DNA from: Bacillota bacterium
GTDB lineage: Bacteria > Bacillota > Sulfobacillia > Fermentithermobacillales > Fermentithermobacillaceae
DNA: 64,000 nucleotides
Assembly: GCA_050952085.1 (NCBI GenBank)
Contig: JBMNKH010000003.1
Coordinates: 38,626-102,625 of the forward strand
Direction: 5' to 3'
Shown: piece after piece, positions 31,146 through 41,686 of the stretch
Layout of the letters: the number at the start of each line of letters is the position of its first letter
Numbering within the stretch: position 1 is the first letter of the stretch
Made by a program: the position numbers and the translations under genes
The notes under the pieces: model-generated
The model's database searches: none
Seen by the model: only the letters and a program-made list of their open reading frames with translations
Told to the model about the DNA's origin: nothing

Positions 31146-33182
31146 ATGATAAGAAGAACGCTAGATTTGGTGAAAGAAGAGTTCAGGGCCCAGGAAGCAT
31201 TCAATGATGTCGCCAAGATAGCCTCCTTTCACAGGGTGCAGATAAGTCCTGGTATCAATGATGCAGGGCGTTTCATCCAGTCGTATCTCACGAAAGCAGG
31301 CATCCAATGCGAACTGTTGGAGTTCCCTGCCAAGAAGGGTATCACCTGGTGGTCTCAGGAGAGTTTCCAAGTATGGAAGGCAAATGATGCTCAACTTGTG
31401 CTCTTGGAAGACGGCAAGAGGGAGACTTTATGTGCATTCAGCGAAATCAAGACATCTCTGATTCAGCGGAGCGCACCCACGCCGCCTGAAGGTATCAAGA
31501 CCACCATGGTCTACGTGGAGAACGGGGAGGACCCCAAGTCGTATGAGGACATAGACGTTGAAGGTAAACTGGTGTTCTCAAGAGGTGACGTTGCGCGCAT
31601 TGCAAAGGTAGCAGTAGATCAGTTCGGCGCTGCCGGCATCGTGCTGGACAACATGCGGGAGTTTCCTCCTGTAAGAGACCGGTTTGATCTTCCTGACGCC
31701 CGCCAGTATCAAGCCTTCTGGCCTATAGATGGCAGCACGCATAAGGCTCGTGGTTTCATGGTGAGCCCGAGGCAAGGCGAAGCTCTCAGAAAGCGGTTTG
31801 CAAAGCAAAAAGAGCTTTCAGTATGGGCCATGGTTGATGCGGAGTTCTCCGACGGGGTCTGGGAGATTCCTACTGCTGTAATTCCAGGCGAATCCAACGA
31901 GGAGGTTGTGGCTGTAGCTCACCTTTGCCACCCTGAGCACTCTGCTAACGACAACGCTTCAGGCTGTGGTGCGCTGATGGAAGCAGCAAGAACCCTCTGG
32001 CAGCTCGTCAAAACAGGCAAACTAGACAAGCCAAAGAGATCCATCCGTTTCTTGTGGGTTCCGGAGATGACAGGGTCGTACGCATTCCTCGCTGCCAATG
32101 AAGACAAGTTGTCAAATATTGTGGCAGCTATCAACCTTGATATGGTAGGCGAGAATCAGGAACTCTGTGGCAGCACATTCATGGTGGAAAGGCCCATAAG
32201 TGCGCTTCCCGGGTTCGGCGGGGATCTAGCCTCTGCTATCCTCGGCCTCTTGACCAAGGAAGTCGGCAACCTGGCCGGAACCGGTTTGTACTCCACGTTC
32301 AGGTGGACTGTCGGCCCCTATTCAGGCGGGAGCGACCACAGCATCTGGGGAGATCCCAGCGTCGGGATCACGTGTCCCATGCTGATCCAGTGGCCCGACA
32401 AGTACTATCACACCAGTGAGGACACTATCGACAAGGTAGACCCACGCATGCTGAAGGTAGCAGGCGTGCTTACTGCAACTTACCTGTATACTGCAACTAC
32501 TGCGACACCTGGCGATACTGCGGTTATTGCAGGGGAGGCTGCAGCCCGGTTCCCAGGCGAGGCAGATGCCCAGCTGTCGGTTCTGGTAGACCAGGCCAAG
32601 GAGCAGCTCGGCAAGGCCAACGGTGAAGCAGAAGTCAACGAAGTACTTGCCAAAGCCCGGAGGGCCATTGAACTCAGGGCCGGTTTCCTTGCAGACCGGA
32701 AGAAACTGGACCTTTCCAGCCTCAGGAGACTCGTCCCTGATTCGCCCATGCTTTCAGACGCCATGAGTGAAGCCGGGTGCCTAATCGAGGAGGCAGGCAG
32801 GTTCCTCCTGGCAAAGGCTTTGAGAGAACTGGCAGTTCTGGCTGGCTTGGCTGATGTATCGGGATTACCGCCGGCATGGCAGCCGGAAGAAGGCGAGGCG
32901 TACAAGAGAGCTAAGAGCATTATTCCTAAGCGGGTCTTCCGTGGTCCCTTCTCAAGTACCGGCAAGGAAGTGCCGGCGGACTATGAGGAGCGGGTTAAGG
33001 CGCTCAGGGAGAAGTACGGCGAGAGCGCGCTGCCCTTGAACCGGTTTGAACTCTGGGCAGACGGAAAGAGGACCCTTCTCGACATCGCCTTGCTTATCGA
33101 AAGTGAAACCGGCTTCTCCAATTTGGACGCCATCGTGGATTATTATGACCTCCAGGTTGAGCGGGGCGTGTTTGAGGGGTAG
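31146..33182 (+). CDS. DUF4910 / M28-like aminopeptidase
   Basis: AHLCHP, ANDNASG, PEMTGS, NLDMVG, GSDH, YHTSEDT; PA-like insert. Confidence 0.85.
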   Translation: MIRRTLDLVKEEFRAQEAFNDVAKIASFHRVQISPGINDAGRFIQSYLTKAGIQCELLEFPAKKGITWWSQESFQVWKANDAQLVLLEDGKRETLCAFSEIKTSLIQRSAPTPPEGIKTTMVYVENGEDPKSYEDIDVEGKLVFSRGDVARIAKVAVDQFGAAGIVLDNMREFPPVRDRFDLPDARQYQAFWPIDGSTHKARGFMVSPRQGEALRKRFAKQKELSVWAMVDAEFSDGVWEIPTAVIPGESNEEVVAVAHLCHPEHSANDNASGCGALMEAARTLWQLVKTGKLDKPKRSIRFLWVPEMTGSYAFLAANEDKLSNIVAAINLDMVGENQELCGSTFMVERPISALPGFGGDLASAILGLLTKEVGNLAGTGLYSTFRWTVGPYSGGSDHSIWGDPSVGITCPMLIQWPDKYYHTSEDTIDKVDPRMLKVAGVLTATYLYTATTATPGDTAVIAGEAAARFPGEADAQLSVLVDQAKEQLGKANGEAEVNEVLAKARRAIELRAGFLADRKKLDLSSLRRLVPDSPMLSDAMSEAGCLIEEAGRFLLAKALRELAVLAGLADVSGLPPAWQPEEGEAYKRAKSIIPKRVFRGPFSSTGKEVPADYEERVKALREKYGESALPLNRFELWADGKRTLLDIALLIESETGFSNLDAIVDYYDLQVERGVFEG

Positions 33183-33323
33183 GGTGTCCAGCTCTGTAAA
33201 CTGAGGTGGCTGGTTTCAGACCCGAAGGGATTGAGACCCGGGTGCCGAATTGCTGAATTGTGAAACAGCGGGGCAACATAAGGAAGCGCCCTGGTATTCA
33301 TACGGTTAAGGGGGGGGTGGAAC

Positions 33324-34175
33324 ATGAAAAGCCTTACTGATACCTATACCCTGCAAAACGGCGTGGAAATCCCTTGTATAGGGCTGGGTACATGGCAAGT
33401 CCCTGACGGGGAACTAGCTTACAATGCAGTGCGGGATGCGCTGTCACTTGGGTACCGCCATGTGGATACCGCAGCTGTTTACGGGAATGAGGCAAGCGTG
33501 GGCCAGGCTGTTAGAGAGAGCGGCATTCCACGGGAGGAAATCTTCGTTACCAGCAAACTCTGGAACTCGGTCCGGGGCTACAAGGAAACTCATGAAGCAT
33601 TTGAGGAGACTCTCAAGAAACTTGGCCTTGAGTACCTCGATCTCTACCTTATCCACTGGCCAAACCCTGCCGGGTTTAGGAATGTGTGGAAAGAAGCCAA
33701 TGCAGAAACGTGGCGGGCGATGGAGGATCTTTATAAAGCAGGACGCATAAGGGCCATCGGGATTAGCAACTTCCTGCAGCATCACATCGACGCGCTGTTG
33801 GAAAAAGCGGAAGTAGTGCCTATGGTCAACCAGGTCAGGCTTTGCCCCGGTGATGCCAAAGAAGATCTGGTGGCATATTGCAGGGGACATGGCATGCTGC
33901 TTGAAGCGTATAGCCCCTTTGGAACAGGTAAGGCGTTCGAAGTGCCTGAACTGCAGGAAATGGCAGCCAAGTACAACAAGAGTGTCGCTCAGGTCCTGGT
34001 GCGGTGGAGCCTCCAGATGGGATTCCTGCCGCTGCCCAAGTCCGCCAAGGCGGCACGTATCAAGGAAAATGCAGATGTATTCGATTTTGAACTCGATGAA
34101 GATAATGTAGCTCACCTGGCTGGAATGACTGGGGCTTGCGGACTGTCTAGTGACCCGGATACTGTTACTTGGTAA
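33324..34175 (+). CDS. Aldo/keto reductase
   Basis: GLGTW, DTA..YGNE, TSKLW, DLYLIHWP, IGISNF, PKS. Confidence 0.96.
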   Translation: MKSLTDTYTLQNGVEIPCIGLGTWQVPDGELAYNAVRDALSLGYRHVDTAAVYGNEASVGQAVRESGIPREEIFVTSKLWNSVRGYKETHEAFEETLKKLGLEYLDLYLIHWPNPAGFRNVWKEANAETWRAMEDLYKAGRIRAIGISNFLQHHIDALLEKAEVVPMVNQVRLCPGDAKEDLVAYCRGHGMLLEAYSPFGTGKAFEVPELQEMAAKYNKSVAQVLVRWSLQMGFLPLPKSAKAARIKENADVFDFELDEDNVAHLAGMTGACGLSSDPDTVTW

Positions 34176-34287
34176 TTGGCTGGATGATTGGCAATACAAT
34201 TGGCGGGCAGATCGTGAAAAAGGATTACCAAAGATAGGTTGCGGCGGAGGCCGGTTATCCACAGGGCATCCGCTGGATATTGGCTGC

Positions 34288-34321
34288 ACGGGTGGGCGGA
34301 CACATTGTCTCCGCTCACCCG
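34288..34321. terminator. Hairpin between convergent genes
   Basis: CGGGTGGGCGGA...TCCGCTCACCCG. Confidence 0.55.
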
Positions 34322-34334
34322 CTGTTATTTAGCT

Positions 34335-35432
34335 TCAATCCGATATCCTTAGCGGGTATTCCCATAAGAGCATCACGTCGCCTGTCTCGATGACAGGCTG
34401 GCCCTGGCTCTTCCTTTGTACCTTTGACTCGTGCTCCGTAGTTGACTCGTCGTCTGCAGTTAATCTGCCTTCACTCGTCAACCTACCTTCAGTGGTCAAG
34501 CTATGTTCTGCCGTTGACTTGCTGTCTGGCGTCCCCCGGGCCGCTTTCAAGCGTTCTCTTTCAAGGTGGGCAATCTGCCTTAGCTTTTCCAGGGCAGGGC
34601 TTTTCGCCTCCACAGAAGGGCGAAGCCGGCGCGGGATGCCTCCCCTCCTGGAAGCTTCCCTGTACAGAGCCCCGGCTGCGTGATGGATTAGAGCCCGGAT
34701 TCCTTCCAGGGATCCGAAGAAGGAGGTGATCTCCTGCTCCAATCCGGGCTCGCTGTGCTCTGTGTGGTCATCTTCGTAGCAATCGTCGAGGAGTGCCCCT
34801 GCGACCAGTTCCCCGGATTCCGCCTGAGCTATGAGCAAATACCCTTTCTCAGCAACGAGCCGCAGATTGTCAGGAGAAAGGGCAATCCATTCGCCGTAGC
34901 AAGTTCCTATGTACCGGATATCTTTCCTAGCTAGACCCCATGCCTCAGCGGCGCGATGTGGCTCAAGTCTTGTTACCGCCAATTCCGGTTCATATGGAAT
35001 CAGAAGTTCCGGGTACACGTCGAATTCTATGAGTTCTGCCACCTGCTTGAAACCAATGGAACCTGCAAGCCCGATTGACCTGTAGTTGTCAAAATCAATG
35101 ACCGCCCTTGCTATGCGAGCGCCCCGTTCCCTGGCTTCCTTTATGCAAGCTTGTGTAAGCATGGTAGCAATTCCCTGGCGCCTGTAATCTGGATGCACGC
35201 GCATACCCTGGAACCAGGCTTCTCCAGGGGCAGGATAGTCTACGCAGGTGACACCAACCGGGATGCCGCCGATGTCCGCAACCCATACGTCACAAGCTGC
35301 CCCTAACCAACCTGCGAACGCGTCGCCCACATAATCCCCATACTTGAAAGTGTGCTTAGTGAATTCGCGGATATGAGGCTCGTCATCCAGGCGGGCTTTT
35401 CTGATTATAACTGACTGCGTATTGCTCAAGAC
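34335..35432 (-). CDS. GNAT-family N-acetyltransferase; start uncertain
   Basis: AWFQGMRVHPDYRRQGIA, N.RS..L....GF. Confidence 0.85.
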   Translation of the reverse strand, partial: VLSNTQSVIIRKARLDDEPHIREFTKHTFKYGDYVGDAFAGWLGAACDVWVADIGGIPVGVTCVDYPAPGEAWFQGMRVHPDYRRQGIATMLTQACIKEARERGARIARAVIDFDNYRSIGLAGSIGFKQVAELIEFDVYPELLIPYEPELAVTRLEPHRAAEAWGLARKDIRYIGTCYGEWIALSPDNLRLVAEKGYLLIAQAESGELVAGALLDDCYEDDHTEHSEPGLEQEITSFFGSLEGIRALIHHAAGALYREASRRGGIPRRLRPSVEAKSPALEKLRQIAHLERERLKAARGTPDSKSTAEHSLTTEGRLTSEGRLTADDESTTEHESKVQRKSQGQPVIETGDVMLLWEYPLRISD

Positions 35433-35701
35433 TAGATTCCCTCCAGGCGGCGTATGGTTCAAGGTTAGATTTTCCCAGTTCACGTTCTGTGTTCTAAATG
35501 CGGCTGCAAAAGGCAACGGGCTATCACAAGCCTTATGTTACCAGGAAGGCAGGGGCCAGACAAGCCGGTATATGCAGGGTTTGCCAACTCCCGAATGGAA
35601 GGATAAGCTGGGGATTGCGGATTAGGACTCATGTTGTGCCGGCCTGCGGCCAAACAGTAAAGGAGAGGAGGGAAGCGCCGCACCCCAGGCGCTGTCTGGA
35701 T

Positions 35702-38290
35702 ATGAAACTGATGTCCCCCAAGGAATTTCTGGGCTTTACGCCCGGTGATGACAGGAAACTAGCTGACTGGCCTGAGATTACCGGCTACTTCAGGCATCTA
35801 AAGCAACACGGCAGTCGGATTAGATGGTTTGACATGGGCGAAACCACAGAAGGCAGGCCGTTTTTCTATGTCTGCATATCGTCTCCTGATATCTTGGAAA
35901 GACTCGATGAGTACAGGACAATCAACGCCCGCCTGGCTGATCCGAGAGGTCTTTCCCAAGAAGAGGCTTATGAACTGATAGTCCGGGGCAAAACTATCGT
36001 TATGCTCTCCTGTTCGATCCATGCTACTGAGGTTGGGGCTGCCCAGATGTCTATGGAACTGGCTCATGAACTCGAGACTTCAGAAGACCCTAGGGTAATG
36101 GAAATACTGGATAGCGTGATCTTGCTGCTTGTGCCTTCGCTCAACCCCGACGGCCTGGATTTAGTGGTCAACTGGTACAAGAAGTACCTGGACACTCCGT
36201 ACGAGGGCTCTATACCGCCTTTCCTGTACCACAAATATGCAGGCCATGACAACAACCGGGACTGGTTCATGCTGAACCTTGTGGAAAACCGGCTTACAGT
36301 TGAGAAGATTCACAGTGTGTGGCATCCCCAAATCGTGTTCGATATGCACCAGATGGGTGATACAGGCTTCAGGTTTTTTGTGCCGCCTTATGTGGACCCG
36401 TACGATCCAAACGTCGACTTCATCCTGCAGCAGCAAATCAACATGCTGGGTACCCATATCGTCGGTGAGCTCCTGTCGGCAGGCAAGACAGGAGTTTCAT
36501 GCTACAACGGCTTTGATGCCTATGCTCCTTCCCGCGCCTACCAGCATTATCACGGCGGGGTTAGGATTCTCTCAGAAGCAGCCAGCGTAAAGCTAGCTAC
36601 ACCTGTAACTAGGGATGCGCGGGAACTCAGGGTTACCCGGGACGGCTGGGGCCCGAAACAATCCACATGGAACCACCCGGTTCCGTGGCCGGGCGGCGAG
36701 TGGCGCCTGAGGGACATTGTGGAGTATGAGAAGATAGCAGCTATGGCGTGCCTGAGACATGCTGCAACCTTCAGGGACCTTTGGTTAAGCAACTTCTACA
36801 AGCTTGGGGTGCGGGCGTGTGAGCGCAAGGAGCCCTACGCGTTCATCTTACCCAAAGATCAGCGGGATCCTGTGATGCTCTACGAACTGCTTAAGGTCTT
36901 GCACATGGGGCAGGTGGAAATACACCGGGCCAAGGCAGATTTCGAAGTGGAGGGGGCGTTCTTCCCAGAGGGTTCGTTTGTTATCAAGCTGGCGCAGCCT
37001 TATGGTGCGTACGCCAAGACTCTTCTTGAGATTCAGGAGTATCCGGACCTCAGACAGTACCCAGGTGGACCGCCGAAACTGCCTTATGACATTACAGGAC
37101 ATACTCTTCCACTTCTCATGGGCGTAAGGTGCACTCTTGCCAAGAAGCCCTTCGATGTCGAGTTGGAGAGGGTGGAGGTGCCGGAGCTTCCCCAGGCGAT
37201 AATCGAAATACCCGGTGGGCCCGGTGACAAGGCGGAGCGCGGCGACGGGGATAAGCCAGTGCTGCGAGACAGGGCCGGATGGTATATTCTTTCTCCTGCT
37301 GTGAACGCTTCGAGTAAAGTTGTCAATGTCATGTTGGAACAATCGCGCGAAGTCTACAGGACCGCCGGTCCCTTGGTGGTAAGAGGCCTACAGGTGCCTG
37401 CGGGAAGTTTCCTAGTCTGGTCAGATGGCGCACATGCCGGGGAGATTGAGGATCTCTGCAGCCGGTCCGGTGTGGATGCCTGTTTTGTGGATAGCATTGA
37501 GAGCGAAATTGGGGGCGGTATTAGCGGTACTAATGAGAGTATCGAAGGTACTCTTGAAGGGTCCAAGTACAAACTGAGCAGGCCTAGAGTTGGCGTGTAT
37601 CAAGCTTACAGGCCTGTAGCAGATGAGGGTTGGCTCAGGTACGTGCTGGAGGAATATGGTTTTCCTTACGAGACAATTCGGAACCAGCGTATAAAGCGTG
37701 GGAATCTGAGAGATGAGTTCGATACGATTATCTTCCCGTCGATGGGAGCCAGGCTGATTGCTCAGGGTGTTCCGCCTGGGATTTACCCGTCTGAGTATGT
37801 GGGCGGTCTCGGCCCTGAAGGCAAGCAGGCCATCGCTTCGTTTGTCGAGGCCGGTGGAACGTGCGTGTTTTTGGATGCGTCTTGCGAATGGGCCATTAGG
37901 GAGTTGGGCCTGCCTGTGGTTAACGTAATCGACGGGAAGCGGCCGCCGGAGTTTTTCGCTCCAGGCTCGATACTAAGGACTATTGTGGACACTGAGCATC
38001 CCTTGGGGTTTGGATTGCCCAGGGAGACTGCGGTGATGTTTGCAAGGAGTCCGGCATGGGAGGCTGACGGAGAATACGTTGTGGCCAGGTATCCTGCTGT
38101 TGATCCCCTTATGTCAGGTTGGCTCCTCGGAGGTGGACTGCTAGCTAACAAAGCGTCTTTGCTGGAGATTCCTGTTGGTTTCGGCAGGGTTGTGCTCATC
38201 GGGTTCCATCCTCACTTCCGTGCCCAGACCCGGGGGACCTACAAGATTGTGTTTAACGCTATTTACCTGGGTTCCAGTAGAAAAGCCTGA
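35702..38290 (+). CDS. M14 zinc carboxypeptidase with a C-terminal GATase-like domain
   Basis: SIHATE (HxxE), LNPDG, DNNRDW, DMHQMG, PYDITG.TLP, FV..GG. Confidence 0.9.
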   Translation: MKLMSPKEFLGFTPGDDRKLADWPEITGYFRHLKQHGSRIRWFDMGETTEGRPFFYVCISSPDILERLDEYRTINARLADPRGLSQEEAYELIVRGKTIVMLSCSIHATEVGAAQMSMELAHELETSEDPRVMEILDSVILLLVPSLNPDGLDLVVNWYKKYLDTPYEGSIPPFLYHKYAGHDNNRDWFMLNLVENRLTVEKIHSVWHPQIVFDMHQMGDTGFRFFVPPYVDPYDPNVDFILQQQINMLGTHIVGELLSAGKTGVSCYNGFDAYAPSRAYQHYHGGVRILSEAASVKLATPVTRDARELRVTRDGWGPKQSTWNHPVPWPGGEWRLRDIVEYEKIAAMACLRHAATFRDLWLSNFYKLGVRACERKEPYAFILPKDQRDPVMLYELLKVLHMGQVEIHRAKADFEVEGAFFPEGSFVIKLAQPYGAYAKTLLEIQEYPDLRQYPGGPPKLPYDITGHTLPLLMGVRCTLAKKPFDVELERVEVPELPQAIIEIPGGPGDKAERGDGDKPVLRDRAGWYILSPAVNASSKVVNVMLEQSREVYRTAGPLVVRGLQVPAGSFLVWSDGAHAGEIEDLCSRSGVDACFVDSIESEIGGGISGTNESIEGTLEGSKYKLSRPRVGVYQAYRPVADEGWLRYVLEEYGFPYETIRNQRIKRGNLRDEFDTIIFPSMGARLIAQGVPPGIYPSEYVGGLGPEGKQAIASFVEAGGTCVFLDASCEWAIRELGLPVVNVIDGKRPPEFFAPGSILRTIVDTEHPLGFGLPRETAVMFARSPAWEADGEYVVARYPAVDPLMSGWLLGGGLLANKASLLEIPVGFGRVVLIGFHPHFRAQTRGTYKIVFNAIYLGSSRKA

Positions 38291-38300
38291 GTGAGAAGAT

Positions 38301-38376
38301 CTCGGCGCGCAGGATACACCATTTGGCCGGCGCTTGCCTCGGAAACGCTGAGGATTGGTGCACAGGATACACCAAT
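38301..38376. repeat. Two units of the 53-bp-period palindromic repeat
   Basis: CTCGGCGCGCAGGATACACCATT at 38301 and ATTGGTGCACAGGATACACCAAT at 38354. Confidence 0.8.
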
Positions 38377-38404
38377 CCCCGCGGATCTTGCTTACTTCCA
38401 AATC

Positions 38405-39283
38405 TCACTCAACCCGTGGAGCCACGTGGGCCAAGCCTCTTTCTTTGAAGACATAGGAAGCAGGCCGGACGGCAATGGCAATTCCGTCGAATGGCGCCAC
38501 GACTGGCTGATTCCCTAGCATTCCTATCATTTCATCTTTATTGATCGGACTTCCGGGTTTCACCACCGGCAAGAAGACACCGTCACCCGGCGCTCTGAGT
38601 GGCTCAAGTTTTCCGTAGAACGTAGGCTCAGGTTTCCTGGCTTCACCTGGGAGCATCTCCAGAAGACGCAGTAGATTCAAGAGCGCTTGGAAACACTGCT
38701 TTGCTGCTTCAATGTGGATTACGCCATCGGGGCTTCCGCCTGGCAGCTCAATAATCACCGCCGGAGTGCCAGAATGGCTCGCTTCGGTGAAGAGCTGCCC
38801 CCTGGTGCCTCCGCTTTGAATCACGGCGGGAATATCCAGCATCTCAGCCAACTTCCTGCTGTGGTCAAATTCCTCGTACATAGCCAGGGTGTAGCTGGAA
38901 CCCCAGAGGCCACAGCAATGGAGGTCTACTATGTAATCAGTATCCCGGGCCTCTTCCCAAATCACTTCCGCAATAGCCATAGTTGGTGTAGAGTCTTTCT
39001 TCCCAGGGAAAATCCGGTTGAGATCCAGTTCGTCGTAGGGCGAGGTGCGTTGTAAGCGTCTGAGCGCAGGCACATTAGCAACCGGCAAGAGCTTTACTGA
39101 GCCTTTCAGTAGTTTGTTTGTATCAAGGAAGTCTACCACACGCTGAGCCACATATATGCCGGTTGCTTCGCCTCCGTGGATGCCTCCAGAGAAAAACACC
39201 TTTGGAGAACCTTCCCCGAACAGATGGAACTGAAGCTCCACTGGCATTACATCTTCAATTTTCTGGGTATAGGTTTTCTTCAA
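38405..39283 (-). CDS. Succinylglutamate desuccinylase/aspartoacylase (M14 ASTE/ASPA) family
   Basis: GIHGGE, DLNRIFPG, DLH, IELPG; TTG start after AAGGAGG. Confidence 0.9.
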   Translation of the reverse strand: MKKTYTQKIEDVMPVELQFHLFGEGSPKVFFSGGIHGGEATGIYVAQRVVDFLDTNKLLKGSVKLLPVANVPALRRLQRTSPYDELDLNRIFPGKKDSTPTMAIAEVIWEEARDTDYIVDLHCCGLWGSSYTLAMYEEFDHSRKLAEMLDIPAVIQSGGTRGQLFTEASHSGTPAVIIELPGGSPDGVIHIEAAKQCFQALLNLLRLLEMLPGEARKPEPTFYGKLEPLRAPGDGVFLPVVKPGSPINKDEMIGMLGNQPVVAPFDGIAIAVRPASYVFKERGLAHVAPRVE

Positions 39284-39514
39284 GATAACAACCTCCTTGT
39301 GAATTGGCACTCCATGAACTCGGACCGGTACAAGCCTCAGAGGCTTCAATTCTGTCATGAGATCCGTCTTCAGCCGCCGGCGGCTGGTAGGGTCGTTGGC
39401 TGCTAGATAGACATTGACGGCCTGGGACAAGTATTCGCCGGGAGCGTTTACAAACCTGCCAAGACCTATCACTGCGGTGCTTTACCGAATCTAAGCCCGT
39501 GTAGGTAAGTTGAT

Positions 39515-39591
39515 TTGTGCATGTTGCTCAACATGAGTAGGGTTGTTTGTTCCTTCTAACCATGTCCCAACCGACCGCGCCGACTTAGAAT
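39515..39591 (+). promoter_or_regulatory. Putative PucR/CdaR-type tandem operator plus -10
   Basis: TTGTGCATGTTGCTCAA near-palindrome, second TTGT box 32 bp on, TAGAAT at 39586. Confidence 0.45.
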
Positions 39592-39889
39592 GTATTCGGG
39601 GAGTGTCAATGTTTTCAGGATTGTTCTAACAGCGAGGAGGTGTATATCAACCAAACGATCCTGTGGAACGTGGGGCCACAATCCAGGTCGTTGCCGGCTG
39701 TGGGATAACTTCCCCAGTAGACTAAGGAGATTAGAGTGCAGCTCAACTTGGAGCACCATTCCCAGAGCCAAATGCAGAACGACATGAACCTTGACTACGC
39801 TCGGGTCTTCTCTGTTGCAGTATGCAAGCCTAATCACTCTATAGTATCAGCCTCGTTGAAATGAGAAGCAAATGAAAACAACCATAGTA

Positions 39890-40206
39890 TGGGATAGCCA
39901 AGACGTACCCGAAGTACATTCAGCCAAGCCCAAGCATATCAAGAGCAAGAATCAAGAACACCTAGAGACGAGCGCAGCATATCAAGAACAGAATCCAAGA
40001 ATACCAAGGACTAAGCTACAGCATATCAAAGGCAAAACCAAACATATCAAAGAACAAAGCCGAGCCTACAAACGGCATGCCCAGAGCAGGTCTAAAGCAA
40101 ATCAAAAGCACGCTTTCAAACCACACCCGAACGTACCCAAACATGCCAACAGGAGGGTCAGCAACAGGCAGATCAACAACAGGCAGATCAACAACAGGGA
40201 AGTCAA
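39890..40206 (+). repeat. A/C-rich low-complexity tract; CATATCAA repeats and a 15-bp tandem repeat (x4, 40147-40206)
   Basis: CAACAGG at 40147, 40162, 40177 and 40192. Confidence 0.75.
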
Positions 40207-40246
40207 CACCGGTTTCGTTTCAACCAGACCGTAAGGAGGGATAATC

Positions 40247-41026
40247 ATGGTTCCCCGGGACGGGGGTATATTCGCTTTCTTTGCGTTCCTTGCTTTGGCT
40301 GCAGTGCTTTTCTGGTGCTACCGGAAAGTCAAGGGGGGCTACAAACCGTACTTCAGACAAATACCGGCGCTCAAAGGGTTGGAAGAGGCCATCGGCAGAG
40401 CCGCGGAGATGGGACGGCCGGTCCACTTCACCCCGGGTTCAGACGGGTTCGACTCGGGCACTGCAGGTATGACTCTGGCAGCGACGATTTGCTTGGCTCA
40501 CATAGCCAAACTCTGTGCTCAATATGACGTACGTCTTTTGGTGTCAAACCGGCGTCCGGCTGTTCAACCTCTAACAGAGGAGATTGTCAGACAAGCATTC
40601 TTGGCTGAGGGCAAGCTTGAGAATTTCCGACCGACGGATATTCGGTTCTTCTCTGATGACCAGTTCGCGTATGCCTCCGGTGTTGTGGGTGTGATCAGCG
40701 GTGAGCAGACAGCTTCCAATATTATGCTGGGTGGTTTTTACGCCGAATCCTTGATGTTTGCAGAAGCCGGTGCCACTTACGGCAATATCCAGATAGCAGG
40801 TACGGCAAGCACGGCCCAGATTCCGTTCTTTGTCACCACATGTGACTACGTGTTGATCGGAGAGGAACTGTTCGCTGCTGCAGCCGTTCTCTCAGTGGAT
40901 CCCGCACAAGTTAGCACTCTGATGATGCAAGACATAATCCGTATTGCCCTCGTGTGCCTGATCGCAATAGGTGCACTTGCTGCAACATTTGGCTCAGATG
41001 TCATCAGACAGTTGATTCTCAAGTGA
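40247..41026 (+). CDS. DUF6754-like membrane protein (cassette 1, subunit A)
   Basis: IPALKGLEEAIGRAAEMGRPVHF, QIPFFVTTCDYVLIGEELFAA; AAGGAGG SD; paralog at 54649. Confidence 0.85.
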   Translation: MVPRDGGIFAFFAFLALAAVLFWCYRKVKGGYKPYFRQIPALKGLEEAIGRAAEMGRPVHFTPGSDGFDSGTAGMTLAATICLAHIAKLCAQYDVRLLVSNRRPAVQPLTEEIVRQAFLAEGKLENFRPTDIRFFSDDQFAYASGVVGVISGEQTASNIMLGGFYAESLMFAEAGATYGNIQIAGTASTAQIPFFVTTCDYVLIGEELFAAAAVLSVDPAQVSTLMMQDIIRIALVCLIAIGALAATFGSDVIRQLILK

Positions 41027-41035
41027 TGTTAGGGG

Positions 41036-41662
41036 GTGCATGATTTGAACACGCTCATCGCGATCGTCGGCCTGGTAGCGGGCGTTCCCATATTACTGTC
41101 ATCATTTGCTGAAATACCTGTCATCAGCGACCTGGCTCAAGAGTTCCAACGATGGGGAATCATTCTGGCCGGGTTTTCAACCTTTCTTGGTGTACTCAAC
41201 CTTACCTTCGTCAATGCAAATGCTCTGCGTCGCAGAAAGCAGACAGGTCAAGTCATAGAGCCTGTCGTAGTTCTCGTCATGTTGTGGGGCCTTGTTCTTA
41301 CCGGAGTGTTTTTCGGGCAAACGCACCCTGCGTACGATTTTGTGTTTGAGAATGTGCTCAAGCCCCTTAGCGCATCAGGCTTCTCCATGTTGGCGTTTTT
41401 CATTGCTTCCGCTGCTTATAGAGCATTTCGTGTGAGAAACGTGGATGCAGCCATTCTATTGGTATGTGGATGTCTGGTTATGCTGGCCAATATTCCTTTC
41501 GGTGAACTGATCTGGAGCGATCTCCCGGTTGTGTCCGATTGGATCATGCGCATCATCAACGGGTCTGCGATGAAAGGTATTGTAATCGGCGGGGCAATAG
41601 GAGCGATTGCAACGGCGTTGAAGGTGCTCGTTGGAGTCGAACGTTCACACTTGCGCGGCTGA
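41036..41662 (+). CDS. Uncharacterised multi-TM protein (cassette 1, subunit B)
   Basis: FFIASAAYRAFRVRN, GVERSHL; paralog at 55477. Confidence 0.85.
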   Translation: MHDLNTLIAIVGLVAGVPILLSSFAEIPVISDLAQEFQRWGIILAGFSTFLGVLNLTFVNANALRRRKQTGQVIEPVVVLVMLWGLVLTGVFFGQTHPAYDFVFENVLKPLSASGFSMLAFFIASAAYRAFRVRNVDAAILLVCGCLVMLANIPFGELIWSDLPVVSDWIMRIINGSAMKGIVIGGAIGAIATALKVLVGVERSHLRG

Positions 41663-41686
41663 GATTACGCAAAGGAGAGGTGAAAC

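Noticed and set aside
34255-34263. Perfect DnaA box TTATCCACA
   Set aside because: Single copy with no cluster or origin context; expected by chance
33444-34289. Long antisense ORFs (e.g. 281 aa opposite the aldo/keto reductase, and others across the window)
   Set aside because: Shadow frames of well-supported genes
39872-40234. 120-aa Lys/Gln/His-rich ORF
   Set aside because: Open only because the tract is T-poor; weak SD and no family resemblance
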